Shown here one piece after another: positions 9,383 to 19,100 of a DNA stretch of 64,000 nt. This DNA comes from Nitrosopumilus sp. (GTDB taxonomy: Archaea > Thermoproteota > Nitrososphaeria > Nitrososphaerales > Nitrosopumilaceae): positions 2,048,001 to 2,112,000 of the forward strand of contig CBDBLO010000002.1 in the NCBI GenBank assembly GCA_965207075.1, written 5' to 3'. Numbering within the stretch: position 1 is the first letter of the stretch; each line of letters starts with the position of its first letter. Below the pieces are notes generated by a model. That model was not told where the DNA came from and ran no database searches. It worked only from the letters and a program-made list of their open reading frames with translations. The translations under genes were made by a program, and so were the position numbers.

Positions 9383-11074
9383 GTGGGAGTGGGCCCACGG
9401 GGGCCGTGCCGGCGGGACGATCATTTCAACAACCGCAACAACGCTGTATCAAAGCGTAACGCGCGCGTCAAGGAACTAGTTTCGGAATCCGGCGCCGAAT
9501 CCATAGCAGCTCCAACCAGAAAACCCGATGCTCAGGCGTCCAAATCCGGGGGAATTACGCCGCCTGCAGGCGAGGTTACGGATCAAAATAATATCCTTAA
9601 ATCAAATTCGGGCCTCCGAAGTTGGAACAGATTGGCAGACAAGCCACCAAGGGCGTTATTGAGTGATCCGGATGTGAGGCGATGGCACGACAACCTGCGC
9701 AGGTCCAGCGCCGTTACATGCAGCGTCAGGCTGGGCCGGCTCAACCTGTTTTGTGACAGGGTGGGCATGACGCCGCAGGAGCTGGCGAGGACGGGAAGAA
9801 ATGATCCGATGAAGACAGAAAACATACTGCTGGACCACGTGTCGTGGATGGAGGAGAAAAAGTACGCTCCCGGATACATCAAGGGGATGATGACCTCCGT
9901 AAAGTCCTGGCTGGAGTACAACCACATAGAGATCAGGCGCAAGATCAAGATAGCAAACATGGACATACCGACAACCATACAGGACGAAAAGGTACCCGAC
10001 AGGGAACAGCTCAAAAAGATACTGGATGCGGCGGACCCGCGGAGCAGGGCCGTCATAAGCCTGATGGCCTTTGCGGGGGTGAGGCCGCAGGTCATCGGAC
10101 TTGCAGACAGGAGCGACGGGCTGGTGCTCTCGGACCTGCCGGACCTGGTGCTTGACGGCGTGGACACTCGGTTCTCCAAGACACCTGCAATGGTGGTGGT
10201 GAGGCCCCGGCTGAGCAAGATCAGAAAAAAGTACTTTACGTTCCTTGCAGAGGAGGGCTGCCAGTACGTGCTCGGGTATCTGAGGGAGAGGATGGCGCAG
10301 GGCGCGCGCCTGAAGCCGGGCTCGCCGCTTGTAACGGTGGACCACGGATACCGCCTCAAGGGATGGAGCAGGCTGGACGAGAATGGCGGCCGGTTCCTGA
10401 ACACGAATGCCATAAGCCACATCCTACGCCCCAGAATCTGGAGCGTGCTAAAGGCTCGGCCCTATGCGCTGAGGGCGTACTTTGACAGCCAGCTGCTGAT
10501 TGCAGAGAGCCACGGGTGCATGACGCACGCGTACAGGCAGTTCTTCATGGGGCACAAGGGGGACATGGAGGCCAGGTATACGACAAACAAGGGCAGGCTG
10601 ACCGAGCAGATGACCGAGGACATGAGGCGCGCGTTTGAGCAGAGTCAGGCGTTCCTGTCGACTGACGCAGTGCACGATACGGAAAATGACAAGCGCAGGA
10701 TGCTGATTGGGATGTGGAGGCAGCAGGCCAAGATGTACGGGCTGGATCCCGATGCCATGATTGCGGGCGGGGTTCTGGACGGGGCGCGGGGCGCGCCGGC
10801 GCGGCAACCGGCGGCGATGACATCCGCGCAGGACAGCGGCGCGGGACGCAATGTGGATATGACGGCGCCCACGGCTGCTCAAGAGGCGGATCAAAGCGCC
10901 CCTGACGCGCGGAGAAAGGCGGCCGGTAACAAGGCCCCCAGACAGTCTCCCTTTGAGAGTAAAATAGTGGATGATGAAGACGAGCTGCTGGCAGGCACCG
11001 CGGAGGGGTGGGACTTGGTAAGGGACCTGCCCGGGGAGAGGTTTTTGATCAGGCGCAAGATTCCCAAGTCGTGA
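9383..11074 (+). CDS. Tyrosine recombinase / site-specific integrase
   Basis: Catalytic pattern AGVRP (R), LSK (K), RPYALRAYF (YxxR), FMGHKG (H), ARYTT (Y); true start may be downstream, around 9600-9660. Confidence 0.88.
   Translation: MGVGPRGPCRRDDHFNNRNNAVSKRNARVKELVSESGAESIAAPTRKPDAQASKSGGITPPAGEVTDQNNILKSNSGLRSWNRLADKPPRALLSDPDVRRWHDNLRRSSAVTCSVRLGRLNLFCDRVGMTPQELARTGRNDPMKTENILLDHVSWMEEKKYAPGYIKGMMTSVKSWLEYNHIEIRRKIKIANMDIPTTIQDEKVPDREQLKKILDAADPRSRAVISLMAFAGVRPQVIGLADRSDGLVLSDLPDLVLDGVDTRFSKTPAMVVVRPRLSKIRKKYFTFLAEEGCQYVLGYLRERMAQGARLKPGSPLVTVDHGYRLKGWSRLDENGGRFLNTNAISHILRPRIWSVLKARPYALRAYFDSQLLIAESHGCMTHAYRQFFMGHKGDMEARYTTNKGRLTEQMTEDMRRAFEQSQAFLSTDAVHDTENDKRRMLIGMWRQQAKMYGLDPDAMIAGGVLDGARGAPARQPAAMTSAQDSGAGRNVDMTAPTAAQEADQSAPDARRKAAGNKAPRQSPFESKIVDDEDELLAGTAEGWDLVRDLPGERFLIRRKIPKS
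9390..9402. repeat. Putative att site (copy of tRNA-Val 3' end)
   Basis: Exact 13-nt match to 33135-33147, next to the integrase. Confidence 0.6.
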
Positions 11075-11381
11075 CGGCTTCTTGTGGATTCGTGAGCTGT
11101 TCCAAAGCGCGGGCAGTGGATGGAAAGTATGAATTCACGTGTCCTTGTATCCGCCAGACGACCTCTTCGTACACACTCTTGCCCTGCCTTCTCCACGTGA
11201 GGACGCACGCGGCAAAATCTGCCAAGCGCCTCATGGTTCGGGGGCCTCCCTTGATCTGCCCGATTATGTTCCGGAAGACCACGATATAGCGCAGTGCTCC
11301 CTCACTCGCGTTGTTTGTGGGATCGACTCTAGTGCCCCAGGAACGCGAACATGCGCGGCGCCTGCCGCTGCAGCTTGTCAA
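11071..11381 (-). pseudogene. IS66-family transposase C-terminal fragment
   Basis: VDPTNNASEGALRYIVVFRNIIGQ...TWRRQG matches the IS66 TNN.SER.LR motif; no N-terminus. Confidence 0.7.
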
Positions 11382-11503
11382 GCACCCTGATCATGCTAGA
11401 ATGTGGGCTAGACACCATGAATTGAGACCGTTTTTGGGGCAAAAATGGAAACGCCACAGATCATGAGTTTTGTGGGAGCCACACTAGAAGGAGGCTGATC
11501 GAC

Positions 11504-11818
11504 ATGCATACTTTAACAACGGGAGCAGGCCGAGGCATGACAGGCAAAAGAACCAGATTCACACCCGACGAAAAAGTCTGCACAGTCACCCAGATGCTTA
11601 GCCCAAAGACCAACGTGGCGGAGCTGTGCAGTGAACGCACGGGCTCGGGGGAGCAAAATCCCCCCACAGAAGCAATCGGGATCGACATCATGCCCGTGCA
11701 GGGCTCGGGGCGCTCACCAGAATACAACAGGAGGATCACGCTCATCGAGAATGCTGCCGCCCACGGCGCCGGCTGGCTTGGAGCACACCGTAGACGATAC
11801 CACACGGTCAGGTGTTGA
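11504..11818 (+). pseudogene. Degenerate transposase remnant (IS3-like OrfA start)
   Basis: MTGKRTRFTPDEK...NVAELC HTH-type start, then a decayed integrase-core-like tail. Confidence 0.45.
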
Positions 11819-11862
11819 AAAAAAGATGCAGGCGTTGTCCGTAGCAGTGATGCCGGGCGTCC

Positions 11863-12375
11863 TCATCTTGAAAATTTGCTGCATCTGTATGTATCCGCAT
11901 GGTCAAGAAAGAAATCCTGACTGGTAACCGTGGTGCCAGACTCAGCACTGTAGTTGTATGTTACGCATATGGGCATGTCGAACCCACAGTCATTACACTT
12001 TGCCAGCCAGTATATCGTTCCAGTACAGCTGAAGAGGGGGTCTTCACCGCATGAGATTAGCGAGACACGTGGATCATTGTCCGGATATTCGATATTGTGA
12101 CTGTGGCACTCGGAGCATCTGTTAGGCTGTAACTGTACATCTAGCATCTTTAACTCAAAGCCAGACAGGCACAGGATCTGTAGCGTCCTGTGCATCTGCT
12201 TGATGCGCATGGTATCCTTATGTGATGGCATGCTTCTTACGTAGTAAAACTGACATAAAAGGACATTGAATGGGATTGAGCAGTCTATTGTACGACAATT
12301 AGTTCGCTTTGAGTTTGAGGCCAGACGGAAATGCGTGGAAGACTTAAGTGATATGCAGAATTTCCACTCAGGCAT
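11863..12375 (-). CDS. Hypothetical Cys-rich protein
   Basis: CSEC and CNDC pairs; start uncertain. Confidence 0.35.
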   Translation of the reverse strand: MPEWKFCISLKSSTHFRLASNSKRTNCRTIDCSIPFNVLLCQFYYVRSMPSHKDTMRIKQMHRTLQILCLSGFELKMLDVQLQPNRCSECHSHNIEYPDNDPRVSLISCGEDPLFSCTGTIYWLAKCNDCGFDMPICVTYNYSAESGTTVTSQDFFLDHADTYRCSKFSR

Positions 12376-12478
12376 GGACGGCTATGACGGCAAGGAGATC
12401 GGAGACATTATAGTCACAAACCGAGCATTCGCGCATGAGATCTGCGGAGAGAGGCAAGTTAGTTGCGAAGACATCTAG
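12266..12478 (+). CDS. Small hypothetical protein
   Basis: 70-aa ORF with plausible composition. Confidence 0.3.
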   Translation: MNGIEQSIVRQLVRFEFEARRKCVEDLSDMQNFHSGMDGYDGKEIGDIIVTNRAFAHEICGERQVSCEDI

Positions 12479-12792
12479 GGGGCCATGCGGATAATGGCAG
12501 ACACAAGATACCCTCTCCGGCTGGTCGAGACTCAAGTCCAGATCCTCAAGTCCGACGAGCGGGAGGATGAACATGGATGGCACTGGACACCTACAGCAAA
12601 AGTTCGCAACACACAGACCAGCCACGGGGCGCCCGAGGCATCCCCCTTGCAACCCCTCCTGTTGAGCGGCGAGTACGATCCGTATGGATGGATCAAGCGA
12701 TGCTGCTGGCCCAGTCGAACGTATACGGTCGGCACATCGGTGGATATCAGGTACGTGGGATGTAGCCAAGAATCTAACATCAGGAGGACAAA

Positions 12793-13536
12793 ATGACGTT
12801 TTTCCTATACATTGACGAGTCAGGGGATCCTGGAAGGTACTTGGATGCAAACCGCAATCCAATATCCGGCAGCTCCGAATGGTTCACGCTTGGGGGCATT
12901 ATCGTAGATGAGGAGACGAGATTGAATATGAGCATGGATGTCACTGACTTGGCCTTGTCGTTCTTTCCGCAATCGACAGTAGACGAGACCAAGCTCCACT
13001 ACCAGCAGCTCATCCAAAAGGCGCCGCCCTATGATTCGCTCTCCGACTCAGACAGGCTGCGTTTAACAGACGGGATGTTTGACATAATCCGTAATTCTCC
13101 ATGCAGATTGCTGTCGTCCGCGATTAACTTGGCGAGACATTTCGACAAATACGACGAGCCGGAGGATCCCAAGGCGTACGCTCTGGTGCTGATGCTCGAA
13201 AGGTTCCAAGACTTTCTGGCATCCAAAGCCTCGGAGGGAATAGTGATCTACGAGAGGATCAACCGAGCTGAACGCAAAAGGCTGAAAGGCACTATGAAGG
13301 GACTGAAGAGGATGCTGGCACTCAACCAGTATGTAGAGCTAAAGAATATCATAGGGGATATACGCAGTGGCGACCCCTTGAAGGAACCCATACTGCAATT
13401 GGCGGACTTCTTTGCATACGCAACGCATAGCAAGTATAGAAGTAACGGGACGAAACAGGACAGATGGGAATCTGTCAAGGAGAAGTATTACAACCCCAAT
13501 GGCTATTACTATCGTAGAGGAATCGTGTCTAGATAA
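12793..13536 (+). CDS. DUF3800 family protein (RNase H-like acidic motifs)
   Basis: N-terminal YIDESGD and C-terminal ILQLADFFAYA; GGAGG RBS upstream. Confidence 0.8.
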   Translation: MTFFLYIDESGDPGRYLDANRNPISGSSEWFTLGGIIVDEETRLNMSMDVTDLALSFFPQSTVDETKLHYQQLIQKAPPYDSLSDSDRLRLTDGMFDIIRNSPCRLLSSAINLARHFDKYDEPEDPKAYALVLMLERFQDFLASKASEGIVIYERINRAERKRLKGTMKGLKRMLALNQYVELKNIIGDIRSGDPLKEPILQLADFFAYATHSKYRSNGTKQDRWESVKEKYYNPNGYYYRRGIVSR

Positions 13537-13539
13537 GGG

Positions 13540-13593
13540 CGGTCCCTAGGCTCTCAAAGGAACCCTACAGCCAACATCCGCTGGCGGGAACCG
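13540..13593 (-). ncRNA. Candidate structured RNA convergent with the DUF3800 gene
   Basis: Three-way-junction fold with G-U pairs on the minus strand; TTTAAATA box about 25 nt upstream (13616-13623). Confidence 0.4.
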
Positions 13594-13681
13594 TGTATAT
13601 TCTTAGAGACTCTGATATTTAAACACTGGATCTCAAATTGGGCAGGAGACATACTCCATTTCGGTGATCCGCACTTAACGC

Positions 13682-14377
13682 CTAGGAGAATATGTCGGGC
13701 ACGGGAAGCCCGGACGGCAAAAAGTCAAACACGTCGCCAGGATCCGACAGCACCATGGCGCCGTGCCGGATCATCTCCTGCGGCCAGGCCAGCCTTTGGT
13801 CTGACGCCGCGGCTTTGGTCATGAACAGGGGGCGGCCGAGCCTCAGGGTCTCCCGACCCTGGTGCAGCGACCCGCTGGCGTCTCCTGCCTCCACTATTAT
13901 CGTGGCGTCTGATATCAGGGCCATAGTCTTGTTCCTGATTACAAAGTTCTTCCTAGTGACGGGATGCCCTGCCGGAAACTGCGATACGGCCAGGTGGTTT
14001 GCCGCGATCTCTTCCTGAAGGCCGGCGTTCTGTCTTGGGTACGATCGGTTTAGGGGTGTTCCAAGCACGGCCGCCGTCCTGCCCTTGCAGTCGATCGCGG
14101 TCCTGTGCGCCACCGCGTCTATCCCAGCTGCAAGGCCGCTCACGACCAGAACGTCCCTCCCGACTAGGATCTGCGTGATCTCCCTGGTGTCCATGATCCC
14201 TTTCTCAGTGGGCTCCCTAGTTCCGATCACCGAGACGCGCGGACGCCTTAGCGGGAGTTTCATCGGCCCCCTTACAAAGAGCCTGTCGGAGGAGTGTCTC
14301 GATTCCACCTCGTTCACCTGCCGGCCCAGCAGCTCCGCAAGTCCCACACTGCGCTCGATACAGCCGTGCATCGTCAT
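13682..14377 (-). CDS. dprA: DprA/Smf (SLOG family) protein
   Basis: VSVIGTR, VVSGLAAGIDAVAH, FVIRNKTMA, IVEAGDASGS motifs. Confidence 0.85.
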   Translation of the reverse strand: MTMHGCIERSVGLAELLGRQVNEVESRHSSDRLFVRGPMKLPLRRPRVSVIGTREPTEKGIMDTREITQILVGRDVLVVSGLAAGIDAVAHRTAIDCKGRTAAVLGTPLNRSYPRQNAGLQEEIAANHLAVSQFPAGHPVTRKNFVIRNKTMALISDATIIVEAGDASGSLHQGRETLRLGRPLFMTKAAASDQRLAWPQEMIRHGAMVLSDPGDVFDFLPSGLPVPDIFS

Positions 14378-14596
14378 TGTCGTATATGCTTGAGACTGCC
14401 ATAAGTGCTTTGTAGATGCGGGGGCATGACGCCGTGCGCATCTGGATCCAACCAGCTCTGGCACGAAGGCAGCGCGGTCTGTCGAGGGCGAAGAGGCAGA
14501 CAGAGATGGTATGACCGGCGCAAGCCTGCCGCATGCCCGCCTGCCCTATCACGGACAGTCCGGATGCCGGTGCGGCCGCATGACCGGCGCACGTGA

Positions 14597-14644
14597 AGTT
14601 ACCCGCAAACTTTCATAGATCTCTATGAAAGTTTGCGGGTAACT
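14597..14644. repeat. 48-bp palindrome, copy 1
   Basis: agttacccgcaaactttcataga-tc-tctatgaaagtttgcgggtaact (23-bp perfect arms). Confidence 0.95.
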
Positions 14645-14890
14645 ACCGCGGCCCACGGCATCGTACACACATGGGTAGGAAATCCGGCAGCAGGCGCCAA
14701 GTGCCTCGGGCCTGGCTGGCACACGGATGGCGGGCCTGCCGCATGCCCGCGGGAGGCAGGGCGAGTCGGCGGGATTGGGGGCGCAGCGCGTGCCAAGAGG
14801 CGGCTACTGCGGCCAGTAATGCTCAAGTCGGAAACAGTGTTCCGGTGCAGGTACGCTCCTCCCTCCCCTCCCCTCCCCCGCCGCCGACAC

Positions 14891-14938
14891 AGTTACCCGC
14901 AAACTGTCATAGAATTCTATGACAGTTTGCGGGTAACT
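14891..14938. repeat. 48-bp perfect palindrome, copy 2
   Basis: agttacccgcaaactgtcatagaa|ttctatgacagtttgcgggtaact. Confidence 0.95.
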
Positions 14939-15163
14939 ACCGCATACCCGTAGCACCGCACGCACACGGGCAGAAAGTCAGGCAGCGGGTGCTAGGTGCC
15001 TCCGGCCTTGGCCGGGGCTCCCATGCGGCAACCGGAAGGCGGCGCCCCCACCCCTCCCACGCCAGGGCAGGGTCACATGCGGCTTTCGGGCTCAAGGGTG
15101 CAACAGACCTACGCCCGGCTTTCAGGCGAGGAAAAGCGCGGGATCCAGCTCACCGGGTTGCGG

Positions 15164-15469
15164 TCATTTGAGCCGGAGGCGCTCCAGCTTGCTCTTACCG
15201 GCAGCCGTACCCCGGCCGCCGGGCTTTTCGGACCTGTCCTTGGCCATCATCTCCGCTACGGCCCTCGCGTACTTGTCGGGGCCTGCAGAGTCGGGCGTAC
15301 TGTCACCCAAGACGCTCAGGGGGCTTATCACAATCTCCCCGTCTCTGACCCGGAACCTGACGCTCTGTCCTTTGCGGATCCCTGCCCTTTCTGCTATGGC
15401 CCGCGGTATTGTCAGGATGAACGATCCCCGGTTTAGCTGTATTCTGCGCTCGATTATTTTCTCTTCCAT
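15164..15469 (-). CDS. AbrB/MazE/SpoVT family DNA-binding protein
   Basis: RRIQLNRGSFILTIPRAIAERAGIRKGQSVRFRVRDGEIVISP. Confidence 0.82.
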   Translation of the reverse strand: MEEKIIERRIQLNRGSFILTIPRAIAERAGIRKGQSVRFRVRDGEIVISPLSVLGDSTPDSAGPDKYARAVAEMMAKDRSEKPGGRGTAAGKSKLERLRLK

Positions 15470-15530
15470 GACCATTGATGCGCCATATCTACTTAAGGGA
15501 CAAAAACCGGTAAAGCAGGCAAAGCATGTG

Positions 15531-15746
15531 TCCGGCCCACCGGTAAAACATGGAAAGCGTGGAAAGCGCGCGTCCGGCCCACCGGTAAAACATGGAAAGC
15601 GTGGAAAGCGCGCGTCCGGCCCACCGGTAAAACATGGAAAGCGCGCGTCCGGCCCACCGGTAAAACATGGAAAGCGCGCGTCCGGCCCACCGGTAAAACA
15701 TGGAAAGCGCGCGTCCGGCCCACCGGTAAAACATGGAAAGCGCGCG
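15531..15746. repeat. Tandem array, 6 x 33-bp unit (first two units 42 bp)
   Basis: Unit tccggcccaccggtaaaacatggaaagcgcgcg; units 1-2 carry an extra 9 bp (gtggaaagc). Confidence 0.95.
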
Positions 15747-16120
15747 CATGATTGAGTGACACGCATGGAATGCTCCTCTCGCATATTGGTACTATACCAT
15801 AACGACGACCAGCGCTCTCCCACACATGTCACACTCAGAGGGTTGTTAGGTCGGCGCGTTCCCAATAGGACGGGAATCCATCTCGACCAACGTTTCAAGG
15901 CAACAGAGTCCAAGCGTCACGCGCAAGCCGCACAGGCCCACTTCTGAGCATCCTGTCGTGGCCATCTCTGACGAGTTCGGCCATCAGCAGCTCTTGTTCC
16001 CGATGTCTTCCTCGCCCAGGACGACTGGGGGGCCGATTGCTCGCCGGGCATTGGAAGACTGTTCTCGAGGGCTCTTCGCGCCCGCCTTTTCATTGCCCGA
16101 AACATGGACGGGTAGCCGAT

Positions 16121-16172
16121 GGTGTGGGTGGCGGGTGTGGGTGGCGGGTGTGGGTGGCGGGTGTGGGTGGCG
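16121..16172. repeat. 4 x 13-bp G-rich tandem repeat
   Basis: ggtgtgggtggcg repeated four times, just past the helicase stop. Confidence 0.9.
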
Positions 16173-16177
16173 ACGCG

Positions 16178-19100
16178 TTACATGTGGCTGTCGAGGCCGT
16201 CACCCGACTTGTCCTTTTGCGGTGACGTGGTGATGAACATGGCGCCCACGAGCTTCATCCCGTCGTAGTCTATCTCCGCGTCAGCGTCCGTATCCTCTGT
16301 ACCTGCCCCCACCTGTTCGCCTATGAGATCAATCTCCTTGATCAGCATGTCCGCGTCCCCGTCACGCTCGTATCCGTCCACAATATCCTGTAGCTCGACA
16401 CCCCACGGCCGCAGCTGTGCGCTGTTTATGACGGCGTCTGCGCGCCCGGCGCTCTCAGAGTCAATCTTGCCGGACCTGTACGCCTCGGTTATCACGCTTA
16501 TGAGTCTAGTCCGCGTCTTTTCAAACCCAGTGTTCTGGGGGGTTCTGGCGTACTGTCTCACCACGTCGTCACTGTGTATGATTGCATCCCTTGCCTTTTT
16601 GTCTATCCGGATCAGATCTTCAAACGATTTTCGGTGGTCGTCACCATCCATTGGAAGGTACATCTCCTCGTCTGGAAAGCACCGGGCCTTGTTGACAGCG
16701 TCGTACTCGTTTTCAGGTACATACGCCTCGTTCCTTTCACAGTCGTATACCACAAAGTAGACGCGCCTCTCGGGCTTTGTCCTGACATACGCAAGTACGC
16801 ACTCGTTCTTGTCGCCCCCTGATTTGCCACTGCGCCTTCCAATCGGCATGGCGCGCAGCTCGTCCAAACCTATCTTTTTGGCGTGCTTGGCAATCTCGTT
16901 GAGCGGCGTGTTCTGTGGCATGAGATCCGAATCCCTCTCCATCTGCTCCACCACATCTGACGCCGCCGAGCCCTTTTCGCCCAGAACTTTCAGCCGCTCC
17001 CTGAGGTTCCCGTTGTACTGGCGCGGGTGTGGGGTCTCGCCCAGAAGCTCCGCATCAAGGCCAATGACCTCGTTTACGGTGTTTATCTTGTTTAGCAGCT
17101 TTCCCATCAGCTGGAGTATGCCGTCAAGCTCCTTGTCCGGGTAGCACGCCCTTGAGTGTATGATATCATGGCGACTGCCCAGCCTGTCGACCCTCCCTAT
17201 CCGCTGGACAATCCTCATTGGATTCCACGGCAGGTCGTAGTTTATCACGTAGTTGCAGTCCTGCAGGTTCTGCCCCTCTGCCAGCACCTCGGTTGATATG
17301 AGAATGTCAATCGGATCCCCTTCCGGCGGCTGGCCGTCAGACAGGTTGGCCACGGGCGCAAACCTCTCAATGTACTTGGATCGAGTGTCGGATTTGGTGT
17401 CGCCCGTTATGCACTCGACCGTACTGTCAGGAAACATTGTCCGCAGCTCACGGAGTAGGTATCTGGCAGTCGAGATGTATTCTGTAAATATCAGGATCTT
17501 GTGGCTTTCCGACCCCAGCGCGTTCTCCCTTAATATGGCGTCCCGGACCGCCTCGAGCTTTTTGTCGGCGGTCACCCTTCCCACCTCGTCCCACAACCCT
17601 CTCAGTATGACAAGGTCCGACCTCAGATCCTCCCTGAACCTTTCCATGTCGTAGCTTGACCCCATCTCTTCCGTCTCCATGTTCTGCAGCTGTCCAAGGA
17701 CAAACTCGTCCATGTCAAAGTCGCCGTACGTGTCGTCGCCGTACGTGTCGGCCTTGTTCATGATGTGGTTGCCCTTTGCGATGATCTGGTTGAGTTTCCT
17801 TACCCTTACCATCCTACCCTTGTCTGCTATGCTGATGATGTGCTCGTACAGGCGTATCTTGTTTTTGAGGCTTGACTTTACCGCCTCCACGCTGCTCTCA
17901 AACATCTTGAGCAGCAGTATCACCTGCAGGTGTGACAGAACCATGTGTCTTGCCCTTTCGTCCTCCGTGGCCTCCGTATTGTACTGCTCCAATCCGTACG
18001 GGGCCATGGTGAGCCTGTCGACATCCTCCAGTATCTTTTGGAATATGTTGCCGTACAGGTCCGCGAGGCAGTAGTGGATCGGCGAGTACTCGTGCTCCGG
18101 GAACTTGATTTGGTTGCCGTTTATCGTATCTTTGGGATACACCTCCCTGATGTACGAGCGCGTGCGGCGGATCATTATTCCGTCAAGCAGCCTCTGGATC
18201 TTCTCAAGGCCCGCTGCCAGTCCCCCTTCCTTGTTTGCCGCGTCCCTCATGTGCCTGTACAGGTCTGGTATGCCGATGGTGCGCCAAAAGTATGAGTCGT
18301 CGCCGCGGGTAATTATGGACATCTGATAGTACAGATCCATTATCGAATTGTTGATGGGGGTAGCAGACAGCAGGAGCGCCTGTTTTGACTTTCCGATGGT
18401 CATTATCTTTGCCAAGTTCCTGCTACGGTTGGCGTTTTTTGACCTAAAGTTCTGCGACTCGTCTATCAGCACAAAGTCGATGTTTCTGTACTCGTTCCAT
18501 CTCTCAAGGGCGTTCTCGCGCCCGAGCGACTCCATGGTAACTTGCTTGTACACGCTTATTCCGGACTCTTTGAGCTTTTTGTCCCACATGGATCGCAGCA
18601 CTTGGGACGGGGCCACTAGGAGCGCCCTCCTGCCCTCTTTTAGGATCTTCTGGCGCAGGATCTCCATGCCCATGTTGGTCTTGCCTAGGCCTGTGGCATC
18701 CGCGATCATGGCTCCCTGGAATTCTGATAACACGAGCATTGCGGTGTGGACCGCCCCCTTCTGGAACTCTGCAAGCTCTATGCTGTACTGATGTCCGATG
18801 TCGTCGTCTGGCGTCAGAAGCTCACGGTACCTCTCAAATATCATCTTGATGTATACGTCGTACGGGGACGCGGGAATCCCGAACTTTGATGACTCGAGCT
18901 GGTTTATCAGATCCTGCTTGGCGTCCTTGGACTCGGCCCACATGCGGTCAAACCATACGCGGGTCCTCCCAGAGACGGCCGGCTGGTACAGCCCGGCGTT
19001 CAGCTCGTTGTTTGCAGTCAGTCCGCCGTTTGTAAAATTGCTGGAGCCGATGAATACAGTGTCGTCGTCAAATATGTAGCATTTGGAGTGGTTGAACCTG

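Noticed and set aside
14597-14938. Palindromes as IS terminal inverted repeats
   Set aside because: No transposase lies between them and no target-site duplication is evident; kept as an unexplained finding instead.
15531-15746. Possible CRISPR array
   Set aside because: Units are head-to-tail with no unique spacers, and there are no cas genes in the window.
15470-15913. Repeat-containing N-terminal extension of the AbrB ORF and the overlapping repeat ORFs
   Set aside because: They stay open only because unit lengths are multiples of 3; the AbrB domain starts at about 15469 behind an AT-rich promoter-like stretch.
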